Source: a bacterium (GTDB lineage: Bacteria > Zhuqueibacterota > Zhuqueibacteria > Residuimicrobiales > Krinioviventaceae). From it: a stretch of 64,000 nucleotides of DNA. Position numbers and translations under genes: made by a program. The notes below the pieces were generated by a model that was given only the letters and a program-made list of their open reading frames with translations, did not search any database and had not been told where the DNA came from. Each line of letters starts with the position of its first letter. Positions within the stretch are counted from its first letter, which is position 1. Shown here in pieces: positions 26,665 to 38,300 of the stretch. Location of the stretch: positions 4,128,001-4,192,000 of the forward strand of contig OY843751.1 of assembly GCA_963693055.1 (NCBI GenBank), given 5' to 3'.

Positions 26665-28095
26665 CAGGGTACCCCCGATTTTTTTATTCGAGGGCTAAAA
26701 ACAATTGGTTTTTGTCACCGGCATGATTATTACACTTTAATTTTCTGAGCTTTATATTGGGTAAAATGATCCTTAATGCCTTTGCCAGTTTATAATAAAC
26801 AAACCCAATAAACTCGTTTAATTTCCTTCTATACACCAACGGAGCTTGAGATTGATCTAAAATATGTAAACAAATATTATCCAAATGACAATAGATAAAA
26901 CTCATGACATTCCAAAACAGGGCATTAAAATTTTTTAGCGCAACATACCTTTTAAGGCAAATGTCTTCAAGATGATAATCATTTTTTATTTGACGATGTA
27001 CCTCTTCAATTTTCCACCGGTAACCATAGCCTTCCATGGTAATCTCTATGGCCTCACGTTCAGTCTCTGCCGGTATAAAGCTTAAAAACCAGCTTTTGCC
27101 TTTGCCAGGTTCAGTGACTGAAATCAGCCATAATCCGGTATCCATTGGGCCATCCCCATACTGCTTTGGCAGATATACTTTACGGGCACCGCATTGAAAA
27201 CATCGCTTTATCAGCCTGTTCCGGCGTTTTTTCTGCACGGTAATTTCAGTACTGGGACGGATTTTTTCGGCATATTTCTTTAAATTCTTCTTTACTCCTT
27301 GAACAAATATATCCCGGTACCCGGTTTGCCGTATTATAAAGTGTTGTTTTTGCTTAATCCATTTGTTCATCAGTTTGCTACGATCACCTCCGCGATCATA
27401 AACAACTATCTGTTCTCCATGAATATGTTCTCGAATCGTGTCCACGGATTCGAGGATTTTCTTGTTCTCTGAAATACCTTTGCCTTCTTCCTGATCCGTC
27501 GCCCAAAGCGTACTCACCAGCGGCATGATGGATGTTCCGGTTTTATCAACTCCAATGATATTCAGTTGCCAATATCCATTTCCCAGTTCTTTGGTGCTGC
27601 CATCATAAACACGATCAAGCCCTTCCATCTTTTCCGCATAAGGCTTTATTATATCACTCATATCTGCTATCAAATATCTGGAATCTGAAAATCTCCTCTT
27701 ATTTATTTTCAGATGACTAATGGTTAATTCTCTGTCAAATCCTGGTCGGCCCAGATGGTTTGACATTCGTTCTGTTGTCTTTTTTAGGCTCGTCTCTTCC
27801 TTTAGGGTTGATGCGATTTTATTTAAATGTACATGTCCCGAGCATAATATCCCATAATGCATGTCTCTGATAAATTTATAGTCCGGTCGGTTGAATTCTG
27901 CTTGATATTTCGCTGTCACTTGATTAAGTTTTACTTGGACTCGTTTTGTGATGTCCATGGGTTGCCTCCTATATTATGGTCTGTCAACTATAATGAGGCA
28001 ACCTTTTTTTATTTTTACAAGCTTTTTTTGCTTCTATCTCCATTATTTTTTATTACTTACAGTAATATGATTTGTGATTTTTCGGGGGTGTCCTG
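26665..28095 (-). mobile_element. IS4-family insertion sequence (1431 bp)
   Basis: Imperfect terminal IRs CAGGGTACCCCCGA / TCGGGGGTGTCCTG, flanked by the exact 10-bp duplication GTAGAGTTTC (26655-26664 and 28096-28105). Confidence 0.9.
26684..27958 (-). CDS. IS4-family DDE transposase
   Basis: IADMSD, VYDRGGD, FIIR and Y-x2-R-x3-E-x6-K (YGYRWKIEEVHRQIK) signature. Confidence 0.9.
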   Translation of the reverse strand: MDITKRVQVKLNQVTAKYQAEFNRPDYKFIRDMHYGILCSGHVHLNKIASTLKEETSLKKTTERMSNHLGRPGFDRELTISHLKINKRRFSDSRYLIADMSDIIKPYAEKMEGLDRVYDGSTKELGNGYWQLNIIGVDKTGTSIMPLVSTLWATDQEEGKGISENKKILESVDTIREHIHGEQIVVYDRGGDRSKLMNKWIKQKQHFIIRQTGYRDIFVQGVKKNLKKYAEKIRPSTEITVQKKRRNRLIKRCFQCGARKVYLPKQYGDGPMDTGLWLISVTEPGKGKSWFLSFIPAETEREAIEITMEGYGYRWKIEEVHRQIKNDYHLEDICLKRYVALKNFNALFWNVMSFIYCHLDNICLHILDQSQAPLVYRRKLNEFIGFVYYKLAKALRIILPNIKLRKLKCNNHAGDKNQLFLALE

Positions 28096-28291
28096 GTAGA
28101 GTTTCAAAATAAAGGCTGCGCAAAAGATATCGGTTATCCGGAACGTTAACCGCATGGAGATCCAGTTCAACATATGGCTCAATAAACGCTTATAGCGCAC
28201 CAATACGCTCTCTGGGAACATAATATTTGATCTCAAATCTGGATATGTGATTTACATTTCCTGCCATTGCATTGTCCTCAACTCATATTAA

Positions 28292-29421
28292 TCATTTTAA
28301 AAACGCCAGTTTTCGATATTTATAATTATTCCAATGGCTTGTCATTTGCTTATATAATGATGATTCTCCATAATGGATCCTGGCATATCCTGTTGAACCA
28401 TTGAATAATATGTTGTTTGTATTCGCAAGTTTACAGTAAACAAAAAACATGTTTTGACCATTAATAAAATAAGCCTGGTTCCCAACACAAACAATCCCGT
28501 CCTCTAACTGTTCATAATGCGAATGAGGCAAAATAATCTCAACTTTTTGTCCGGATTTTAATTGATGCAAATATTCCTCAGTTACAGGTATTTGTACAAT
28601 CAGGGTATCAATCTTGCTGATCTGGCAAATAACACCCGCCTCATTGCAATCCCCAACAATACCGAAAATTGGCGTAACAAGCGCTTCTGCTTTTTTCTTG
28701 CTCAAAAGCAATCCCAATTGAGCTAAAAGTCCTGCCAACTCTTTTTTACATAATCGATCTGTTCCTGTTTTTCTCCGGATTCGGCTGCTTTTAATCTGGC
28801 CTTTTGTAATGAAACATTGATCTTGTAGAGATTGTTTTCAGCTTCCGCAAGTTCCAGATCTTGCTGGCTGATCAGATTTCTCTCCAACAGCTCTTTTTTA
28901 CGATCAAATTGTGGTTAGTGCGCTTCAAGTTGGGCCTGGGCGTAAAGCAAAGCTTGCTTTGCTTCTTCTCTGACTTCTTTTTTCTCTCCGGTTGATAACA
29001 ATTCCAATTCCGCCTGCACCGTTTCAATTTCTGCTTTCAGAGATTCAAAACAATATGCATCCTCTTGTGAATGGATATTGGCAACAATCTGCCCGGCATC
29101 AAGATATCTGCCAACAGCTATATTAGGCTCAACCTCAAACCGGATCAAATCCGGACGACTGAAATGATAACAGTCGAATCGCTCAAGGGTCTTCTTGTCA
29201 TTCCGCTTAAATTCCACATAAACCTTTTCCGGATCGTCAACATGAACAGACCATTCAGCCTGGCTTACAAATCGACAGGGGAATTTGACAGTATGACGAG
29301 TTGTAATAAATCCTGATAAAATAAAAAGAATAATTACAACGATGGATAACGTGATGATGGTATATTTCTTTCTCAAGTGAACACCGCATATTATTAGAGT
29401 ATATCTATCTTCTTTTCCCAT
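28292..29421 (-). pseudogene. HlyD/membrane-fusion family protein, disrupted
   Basis: N-terminal TM and coiled coil. After the TAA at 28915 the reading continues (PQFDRKKELLERNLISQQDLE). A one-base shift in the A6 run near 28745 joins it to 28292..28738. Confidence 0.75.
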
Positions 29422-29458
29422 TAGAAAATAATGAATACGGTTTCATTCCTACCCCTAT

Positions 29459-29489
29459 AAAAAAAAGGCCGGTATTTAAAATACCGGCC
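29459..29489 (-). terminator. Rho-independent terminator
   Basis: GGCCGGTATT/AATACCGGCC stem plus U8. Confidence 0.8.
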
Positions 29490-29496
29490 CGTTCTC

Positions 29497-32400
29497 TTAC
29501 TTTATTAAAATCATCTTTTTCATATCTAAAAAATCACCCGCCTTGATCTTGAAATAATACAATCCGCTGGAATGATTCACACCATTCCAATTGATCTGAT
29601 GGGTACCTGCGGTTCGGTTTTCTGAAATCAACCGATCTACCAACTGACCATTACTGTTGTATATCGACAATTCTACAAAAGCAGATTTTGGCAAATCAAA
29701 ACTGATATGCGTTGTCGGATTAAAGGGATTCGGATAATTCTGGTATAAATTAAATCGGGTTGGCAACGCGCCCGCATCTTCAATACCTGTAGGATGATCT
29801 ACAACAATCAACTTTTCTTTAATCATTGTATCACTTCCTCCAGGTCCGGTTACTGTCAACGAAACAGTAAATGAATCCGCTGTTGTATACTCGTGCAGTG
29901 GATTCTGTTCGTCACTGGTACAGCCATCACCAAAATCCCATAACCACTCGGTTATAACACCGCTGGAACTGTCAGAAAACTGTACTGTAAATGGATAAGC
30001 ACCCGCAGTAGAGTCTACTGCAAACGCAGCAATGGGTGCAGGTTCTATTACAATAATATAATTTGTGTTAACACATGTATCTGATCCACCCGGCCCGGAG
30101 ACTGATAAAGAGACAGAAAAAGTATCAGCAACTGTATAGGTATGTTCCGGATTTTGCTCACTACTGGTTTCTCCATCACCAAAATCCCATGACCATTCGG
30201 TTATCGTTCCGGTAGAACTGTCAGCAAACTGTACAGTCAACGGTGCAATGCCTCCGGTTGTATCAGCTGTAAAGGCCGCAACCGGTTGTGCTTCATTAAT
30301 AATAATATAATTTTCTTTTACCAGTGTATTTGAACCATCCGGCCCCTCCACCGTTAACGATACTGAAAATGAATCCGATGTTTCATAAACATGCACAGGG
30401 TTCTGTTCCGTACTTGTATAGCCATCACCAAAATCCCATAACCATTCAGAAATATAACCGGTAGACAGATCCTGAAATTCTACCTGTAAAGGAGAAATCC
30501 CGTTTGTGGGCTCTGCTATAAAATTAGCTGTCGGTTCAACACTCATGAACGAGGTGTTTTGATAATTGCAGCCTAATTTAGGCCAGGGACTGTCAGCCAA
30601 GCCATAGCTCTCGGTCTGTAAACAATAAAAGTTACCATCGTTCGATCCAATATACAATTTACCATTCATATCTAATGAAGGTGAAGAAACAACCTCACCG
30701 CTAGTAGTATATTTCCAATTTAGTGTTCCATCCGGATGAATAGCGTATACATTCTTGTCCGATGAGCCAACATAAATCATTCCATCATATCCAACAGTAG
30801 GAGAAGATTCAATCGCAGCACCGGTTTCATACTGCCATTTTAATGTACCATTATTATTCAAGGCATACAAATTCTGGTCTAATGAGCCCACATAAATTGT
30901 ACTGTCTGCCCCAATAGATGGAGATGAGGTCACTTTATCACCGGTTTGATATTTCCATTTCACAGTTCCATCAGAATTTAATGCATACAAATTGCCATCA
31001 TTTGATCCAAAATAAATCGTGCCATCATAATCAATCGCTGCTGAAGATCTCACATACTTGCCGGTATCATATTTCCATTTCACTGAGCCATCCGGATTAA
31101 CTGCATACAAAATACCATCGTTCGATCCAAAATAAATTGTTCCATCCTGAGCAATTGAAGGAGTTGTATAAATTCGTCCACCTGCCGGGACCGTCCACTT
31201 TTGGGAACCATCAGGATTAATCGCAAATAAATAACGACCTTCACTGGTAATATAAATTGTGCTGTCTTTACCAACAGAAGCTGAACCTCTTAAATTTCCG
31301 GATAGATATGCATTCCAAACTTCTTGTCCATCATTATCTATTTTATACAAATGGCCATAACCTGCAGGTATATACAATTCATTGTCAGGGCCAATAGTAT
31401 TTGACGCTAAAACATACCCAAATTCATCGGTTTGCCAGTTCAACCCACCATCAGAGTCGAATGAATAACTATTTCCAATTGTAGATCCAATATAAACCTC
31501 ACTATCATAATCTAAAGTTGCCGAAGCTGAAATTTCACCAAAAGTATAAAATGTCCAATTTATGGGACCATAAAATGCATTCATAACATCAGCAGATACT
31601 AAATTTTCCTGATTACTAACAGTGACTGCAAATTTATAATTTCCAAAATCATTACTGTCAAATGATACTGTGGTAATACTTGAGGTTGAATCTGCAATAG
31701 TAACAACACTATTTTCCGGTTTTTCTAAAACAATCCAGGAAAAAGTCAATGCTCCTCCATCAGATGCAAAAGATTGACTCGCATCTAATGTCAAAGTCTC
31801 ATTACTTTTAATATAACTTTCTTTTGGATTTAAAACGACTTGAGGACTGTCAATATTATAGCTATTACTCGTACAGCTTACATTCTTGTGATTTTTAGGC
31901 CAGGGGCTGTCAGCCAATCCCATACTTTCTGTTTGTAAAACATACATAGATCCCGTTTTATTATAACCTGATCCTGAAAAACTTTCTGCAATTATAAGGC
32001 CTGTATTGGTAATAGCACTAACTTTTAAATTTCCACTCGCTTTGTATTTCCATTTTTCACTTCCGTCATGATTTATCGCATAGATATTATTATCGCTCGA
32101 GCCTACATAAATGGTACTATCTGCTCCAATAATAGGTGTAGAAGCATGTACTTCAAATGTCCAAATAGTATTACCGTCGCGATCAAGTGCATACAAGTTA
32201 TTGTCCTGCGCGCTTATATACAATCTACCAGCAGGGCCTATTACAACAGCCTCACCTGAAGTGTTTAAATTTTCAATATGCCATTTTATAGCACCATCAG
32301 GATTTATTGCAAAAAAACCATTGGTATTAGTAGCAATATAAATCGTACCGTCTGAATCTATAGTCGGTGTAGAAATATATTCTGCATCAAGTTCAATTCT

Positions 32401-32964
32401 CCATTTCAACTCTCCACCTGGCGATAATGCATACAAAATACTTTCCAGGGTACTAAAGTAAATGGTACCATCTAGCCCTATAGAAGGTGAATCCTCTATA
32501 AAACCAACTGCAGTATACTGCCATTTCAAGGTACCATCTGGATTAATTGCATACATGATCCCGTTACCTTCACCTATATAAATGGTTCCGTCATCTGCTA
32601 ACGCAGGTGTATGCATAAAAGCATTTTCACACAAAAATTTCCATTTTTCGGTACCATCAGGATTTAATGCATACAGATATGAATCTTCATTCCCCACATA
32701 AATAGTGCCATCAGGCGCAATACAGGGAGCATCATCAAACTGATCCAAGCCCGGTGTAAACTCCCATAAAATCTCACCTTCAAAATCAATCGCATAAACA
32801 GATCCACCTTCAGAACCAAAATAAATAGTATTATCTCTAATTGCAGCACCCCTATACCACATGCCACCAAAATCTTTATTCCATACAAGCTCTCCATCAC
32901 TTTGCGCAAAACCAGCTGCTGTCATTATCATAATCATGAATACCGTTGCCAGACGTACCTTCAT
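29497..32964 (-). CDS. Secreted PQQ-type beta-propeller repeat protein with PKD domains and C-terminal sorting domain
   Basis: Many SSPxIxxDGTIYxGSxDxxLYAxNPDGxxKW repeats in two blocks; three WxWDFGDG..QNPxHxY PKD repeats; NYPNPFNPTT CTD. Confidence 0.9.
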   Translation of the reverse strand: MKVRLATVFMIMIMTAAGFAQSDGELVWNKDFGGMWYRGAAIRDNTIYFGSEGGSVYAIDFEGEILWEFTPGLDQFDDAPCIAPDGTIYVGNEDSYLYALNPDGTEKWKFLCENAFMHTPALADDGTIYIGEGNGIMYAINPDGTLKWQYTAVGFIEDSPSIGLDGTIYFSTLESILYALSPGGELKWRIELDAEYISTPTIDSDGTIYIATNTNGFFAINPDGAIKWHIENLNTSGEAVVIGPAGRLYISAQDNNLYALDRDGNTIWTFEVHASTPIIGADSTIYVGSSDNNIYAINHDGSEKWKYKASGNLKVSAITNTGLIIAESFSGSGYNKTGSMYVLQTESMGLADSPWPKNHKNVSCTSNSYNIDSPQVVLNPKESYIKSNETLTLDASQSFASDGGALTFSWIVLEKPENSVVTIADSTSSITTVSFDSNDFGNYKFAVTVSNQENLVSADVMNAFYGPINWTFYTFGEISASATLDYDSEVYIGSTIGNSYSFDSDGGLNWQTDEFGYVLASNTIGPDNELYIPAGYGHLYKIDNDGQEVWNAYLSGNLRGSASVGKDSTIYITSEGRYLFAINPDGSQKWTVPAGGRIYTTPSIAQDGTIYFGSNDGILYAVNPDGSVKWKYDTGKYVRSSAAIDYDGTIYFGSNDGNLYALNSDGTVKWKYQTGDKVTSSPSIGADSTIYVGSLDQNLYALNNNGTLKWQYETGAAIESSPTVGYDGMIYVGSSDKNVYAIHPDGTLNWKYTTSGEVVSSPSLDMNGKLYIGSNDGNFYCLQTESYGLADSPWPKLGCNYQNTSFMSVEPTANFIAEPTNGISPLQVEFQDLSTGYISEWLWDFGDGYTSTEQNPVHVYETSDSFSVSLTVEGPDGSNTLVKENYIIINEAQPVAAFTADTTGGIAPLTVQFADSSTGTITEWSWDFGDGETSSEQNPEHTYTVADTFSVSLSVSGPGGSDTCVNTNYIIVIEPAPIAAFAVDSTAGAYPFTVQFSDSSSGVITEWLWDFGDGCTSDEQNPLHEYTTADSFTVSLTVTGPGGSDTMIKEKLIVVDHPTGIEDAGALPTRFNLYQNYPNPFNPTTHISFDLPKSAFVELSIYNSNGQLVDRLISENRTAGTHQINWNGVNHSSGLYYFKIKAGDFLDMKKMILIK

Positions 32965-33235
32965 CGTTCCTCCTGTTTTGGGTTAAATTTGGAAAGCATT
33001 CTCCACCAATGCCACCCCGTTCTGTTTAACAGGCTACAATCCTAAAAGTTTTAAAAATACAATATCATGCACTTTACAAGATATTTTTTAACAATAACTT
33101 GCAACCAAATTAAACAATAATACTAGAATCATTTTTGTTACAAAACAATCTTGGTTTGAAACACGAGTATTACCCCTTGAATCGTCCCACCACTAAAAGT
33201 AATAATATTTTTTTAATTAAAAAAACTTTTTTCAT

Positions 33236-33274
33236 AAAAAAAAGCCCCGATCATCAATTATAACAATCGGGGCT
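33236..33274 (-). terminator. Rho-independent terminator
   Basis: AGCCCCGAT/ATCGGGGCT stem plus U-tract. Confidence 0.75.
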
Positions 33275-33292
33275 CAAAGTCAATCTGTCACT

Positions 33293-33493
33293 CTATAGTT
33301 TTGAAACTTTGGTAGCTTGCAAACCTTTACGGCCCTGTTCAACTTCGAACTGGACCTGCACACCTTCTTCTAAACTTTTATACCCATCCCCTTCGATTGC
33401 TTTATAATGCACAAACACATCATCACCGGATTCTCTGGTTATGAATCCATAACCTTTTGCTCCATCAAACCATTTTACAGTTCCTGTTTCCAT
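33293..33493 (-). CDS. cspA: Cold-shock protein (CspA family)
   Basis: GTVKWFD..KGYGFI..DVFVHY (RNP1/RNP2); start set at ATG 33493. Confidence 0.95.
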   Translation of the reverse strand: METGTVKWFDGAKGYGFITRESGDDVFVHYKAIEGDGYKSLEEGVQVQFEVEQGRKGLQATKVSKL

Positions 33494-33916
33494 ACAAATC
33501 ACCCTTTATTATTACAATTAAAGTACTACAGTATTACAACTTGCCGGATAAAAAAAAATCATCTTGATTGCTGTGACAGGATACATCAGCATTCTTGACG
33601 ATTATCTTAAACAGTTATTACTATATGAATTATCCTTGCTTCCGGTATTAATAGATGTAATCGAGTACCATGTGTTAATATCTTAAGTTAAACATTACCC
33701 TGTTACAATGCAACAAAAAAAACATAAACTTTTCCAATTTAACTCAAATTTAACCCATATCGCCTTATTTTGCCCTATTCAACCAAAAATCACATAACCA
33801 GACGTCTGCTTCAATATCAATATATTTTACATATTACACGCCAGGATTGATATCTGCCCCTGCTTTTTACAATTCCCCAAATTTATCATAAAATCTCAAC
33901 AATTCGATATGCATAT

Positions 33917-33951
33917 AAAAAAAGCCCCAGACAAATAGTAATGCCCGGGGC
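33917..33951 (-). terminator. Rho-independent terminator of the efflux operon
   Basis: GCCCCGGGC/GTCTGGGGC stem plus U7 on the minus strand. Confidence 0.65.
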
Positions 33952-33975
33952 CCTGAATTAGTAATGATGCCACAT

Positions 33976-35295
33976 TTAGTAATTTACTCTACCGGTAGCC
34001 TGTTCCCAATCAAAATAAGCAGCAAGATAATCATACACTGCGGAATAATATCCCAACTGTGCCTGATCAAACATCAACCTCGCGTCTTTTAATTCCAACT
34101 GGGTAGACAATCCCGATTCTGTTGTAGTCTCGGTAATATGAAAGGCTTTTTCTGCAGTTTCCCATGTAGCCTTTGCGGAAGCAATTCGCTGATTTGCTTC
34201 CTTTAAACGTAAATACACATTCGATACTTCATTGGTAATATCTTCACGGGTTTTTTCCATTTGCAGTCTTGTTTTTTCCAGTTCAACCTGTGCTTTCTGT
34301 ACTTCTGCAAGCCGGTAACCACCGGTAAAAATGGGAAGCGATAAATTTAAACCGGCAAATAACAACTTGTTCTCTTCATCGAATTTATAATAATTAGATT
34401 GAGAAGTATATGCATAAGCCACTTGACCGGTTAACGTAGGTAAAAATGCTCCTTTTTTAGCTCCCACATTTGTAGTGCGCAGCTTTTCTTCCCATTTCAG
34501 AGCATTCATATCCGGTCGTTTATCAAAAACCACAGACAATTCCTGCATTTCAGGCAACGGAGGAACCGTTTCCAGGTTTCCTTTTAATTCAATTTCAGAG
34601 TTAACATCAATTCCCGCAAAATTTTTAAGCGTATTCATAACAATCATTTGATTACGCCTGGCTTGTTCACTTTGCGGCACAGCGCTGCGCCAGCGGGTTT
34701 CAGCTTGCAACAAATCCAGCTCAGAGATTTGCCCATTATCAAAACGCAGCTTCATAGTATTATAATTTTCAAATGCGTTTGCCTCAGCCGCTTCACTAAC
34801 TTTTCTTACCTTTTCCAGCAAAAGACACTGATAAAACAACTGCTTTGCTCCGGTCATAATCGCCTGATTACTGGCTTTGTAAATGTATTCGGTCAATTCC
34901 TCATATTGTCTGGCAGCCTTGATTGCACTGCCAACAGTAGGACTAAACAGAGTCTGCTGCAAAGCCAGAGTTGCACTGTATTCATTGTCACGTTTAATCG
35001 GTGCTTTAATCACACCACCGACTCCCAGCATAAGAGAACCTGCATCAAAATACATATAATAATCGGTCAAATTCCGGATATAACCGGCTTCTGCAGCCAC
35101 CATAGGAAGCGCTTGAGAAACAGCTTCCTTTTTTTGAACATCTGCCAACTCACGGTCTTTATCTGCAAGTTTTAAATCTTTACTATGCTCTTTCACAACA
35201 TCCAGATAGGCGTCAAGATCAAGCGTCTCTGCCGACAGATACTGAAATCCGCACAATACCAGTAATGTCATATATATGAAAATCTTTTTCATCAA
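33976..35295 (-). CDS. TolC-family outer membrane efflux protein
   Basis: Signal peptide; two OEP repeats (GQISELDLLQAE; LSLPIFTGG; GLSTQLELKDA). Confidence 0.9.
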   Translation of the reverse strand: MMKKIFIYMTLLVLCGFQYLSAETLDLDAYLDVVKEHSKDLKLADKDRELADVQKKEAVSQALPMVAAEAGYIRNLTDYYMYFDAGSLMLGVGGVIKAPIKRDNEYSATLALQQTLFSPTVGSAIKAARQYEELTEYIYKASNQAIMTGAKQLFYQCLLLEKVRKVSEAAEANAFENYNTMKLRFDNGQISELDLLQAETRWRSAVPQSEQARRNQMIVMNTLKNFAGIDVNSEIELKGNLETVPPLPEMQELSVVFDKRPDMNALKWEEKLRTTNVGAKKGAFLPTLTGQVAYAYTSQSNYYKFDEENKLLFAGLNLSLPIFTGGYRLAEVQKAQVELEKTRLQMEKTREDITNEVSNVYLRLKEANQRIASAKATWETAEKAFHITETTTESGLSTQLELKDARLMFDQAQLGYYSAVYDYLAAYFDWEQATGRVNY

Positions 35296-35332
35296 AATTA
35301 TCTCCTTTGGTACATTTCAACGAGCGAATACT

Positions 35333-38300
35333 TTACGCCTGCTTTTTCACCTTTTGTCTACTTGTCAAATAATAAAGTGTGGGTATCACAATCAGGGCCA
35401 GCACTGTTGAAATCAGCAGACCACCAATACTCACAACACCCATCGGTTGACGAAATTCTCGTCCCGAGGCACCAATACCCAATGCCATAGGCAGCATACC
35501 CAGAATAATAGCAATAGAAGACATGAGAATCGGTTTCAATTTTGTGGGACATGCTTCAACAAGGGCGTCATGCACATTATACCCCTTTTGACGGACCAGC
35601 AGGTTGGTATAATCCAAAAGCAAAATCGCGTTATTCACCACAATGCCTAAAAGCATAATAATTGCCATCATTGAAATAATGTTCATGGAAATTCCGGTTA
35701 TGTACAAACCTCCAAAAACACCAATCATCGCTAATGGAACAGTTCCCAAAATCAACAGAGGTTGTGTAAAACTTTCCAAAATTGCGGCAAGCAGCATATA
35801 AGTCAAAACTATAGCCAATACAAAGGTAAAAAGCATGCTTTGTATAGTACTTTTCATTTCTTCGGCCATACCTGCCCATTCAACTTTATATCCTGGTGGC
35901 AATTCAAGGTCTGCAAGACGACTATCTATCTCATTCGTAACATCTCCCATTGGAACACCAGGTGCTGTTGATGCACCAAAGTCAATCATTTTGAATTTAT
36001 CCTTGTGTAAAATTCGGGTAAATCCCTGGGTATATTTAATATCTGCAAGTTGCGAAATCTTGAATGTTCCCGCAGGAGCAACAACAGAAATACTCTCAAC
36101 TTCTTCAGGAGTATCCACAGATTCATCTGTTAAACTCACACGAATATCATACTCTTCACCCTGATCACGGAACTTTGTTGTTACCAAACCTTCTAATGAA
36201 CCGCGCAAAGTCATTGCCAGATCATAAATGGTTAATCCCGCATTTGAAAGTTTTTCACGGTCAGGTACAATCGTAATCTCTGGTTTACCAGGGCGTGAGC
36301 TGGTATTCAGGTTAATCAATCCGGGAACATCATGAATGCGTTCAACAATTTCTCTACGGTATTTTTCCAATTCCTGCACATCCTGTCCCATTAATGTAAA
36401 ATTAACAGGGGCTGTCCCCATACCCATTGAAGAAGTTGCCTCAATTCTCAATCGAACATTCGGAAGATCAGATAACTTTTGTATTAATTCTGCAGCCATA
36501 TGCCCTGTTGTTACATCACGCAAAGAGACATCTACCAATTTTACATTCACCAATGCCATATTGGTACCCGTATCCATATCATTGATCTTTCCCAAAGTTG
36601 TTACAATGGTTTTAACTTCCGAATATTCCTCAATACGGGTTTGCATTTCTTTTAATACCTGGGCAGTTTCATTTAAATTGTAACCCGTTGGCAGCTCTAC
36701 TTCCATTTTGATATCGCCTTCATCCAGCTTGGGCATAAAGTCAAAACCAATCTGAGATGCCATAAAAAAACTACCAACAAACATAAATATACTAACCAAA
36801 ATCACCATAAAGCTTCGCATTTTGTTCTTGATGATCCAACTCAGTAACCGCTTATACCAATCTTCCCAGGCAGTAAACATGGCATTCATGCGTTTGCCAA
36901 TGGGATGTTTTTTGGTATCATGCTCGGGAATAATTAACGAAGCCAGCATTGGTGTTAGTGTAAAAGACATTAATAATGAAAATATAGTTGCATAAACAAC
37001 GGTCAAAGCAAACTCTTTAAACATCATTCCCACAATACTGCCCATATTGGCAATGGGTAAAAATACCGCAATATTTGTCATTGTCGATGCAATTACGGCA
37101 ACCACCACCTCAGCCGTACCTTTTGCAGAAGCTTCACGGCGACTGTTACCCATATTTTTATGTCTGAATATATTTTCAAGCACAACAACAGAGTTGGAAA
37201 CAAGAACACCCACCGCGGTTGAAAGTCCCATCAATGTCATCAGGTTCAGAGTAAATCCTGAAAGTTGCAATAACATAAATGTGGATATGATAGACATGGG
37301 CATTGATAAAGCAACAATAATGGTCGAACGTAAATCGCTTAAAAAGAATAGTAATACAAGGCCGGTTAAAATTACACCCATAAAAATATTAGAAAGAGTA
37401 TCTTTAACAGAACCTTCAATCAAAATAGAACTATCTTTTATAATTGACAGTTCACACCCCTCAGGCAACAATTCCTGCAATTCCGGCATTCTTTCCTTAA
37501 CAGCTGTTGCAATACGCACAGCGTTACCATCTTTGGCTTTAACCAGTCCCAAAACCACAACATTATCATTAGTAAGTTTGTTAACATTATCTACAAATGT
37601 AGAACGTACCCGTACCTCTTCGGTAGCATCTCGCACCCGGGCAAGTTCAGATAGCGGCTTCATACCAAAACCGGTTGGCACTTTTAATTGTTTCAAATCT
37701 TCAACAGTATCAAATTCACCTTCCAAACGGACTGAATATTCCTGAGAATGTTGTTTAAAATTACCACCAGGCATATCCATATTTTGCATCGAAAGCATGC
37801 CAGCCAGTTGACTAATAGATATTTTCTGCTGCAAGATTGTTCGGTTATCAAATTCTACCTGAATTTCACGCTCACCACCACCGGTTACAGATACCTCACC
37901 AACACCTTGAATTTGTGAAAAACGGTCAGTCAGTGTTTTATCTGCCAGCTCATATAATTCTGTCATTTCAATATTACCGGACAAAACAATATTCATGATC
38001 GGTTCAGAATTAATATCAAATTTCTGAATAATCGGTCTGTCAGCGTCATCCGGCATATCATTCAATATTGCATCAACCTTGTCTTTCACCTCCTGATTGG
38101 CAATATCAACATCTTTACTGAGTTTAAATCGTATAATTACAAACGATGCAGATTCCATAGAATAGGATTGTATATAATCTATCCCGCTGACAGTTGAAAT
38201 TGCATCTTCAATTCTTTTTGTAATCTGCAGCTCCGTTTCCTGCGGACCCGCTCCAGGATAAACCGTCTGCACCGTGATCATAGGAAACGTCATGTCAGGT

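Larger units (their letters stand above)
26090..28267 (-). pseudogene. VTC/polyphosphate-polymerase domain protein, disrupted
   Basis: Reconstructs as SRFEIKY..RSLYFETLQLDFYYEK..LRIR..YDRNAY..RLTID..ILELKF..SKY. It has an in-frame TAA at 28190-28192, an IS insertion at 26665-28095 and a frameshift near 26440. Confidence 0.85.

Noticed and set aside
29790-32760. DNA-level repeats inside the 1155-aa gene
   Set aside because: Explained by coding PKD and PQQ-propeller repeats.
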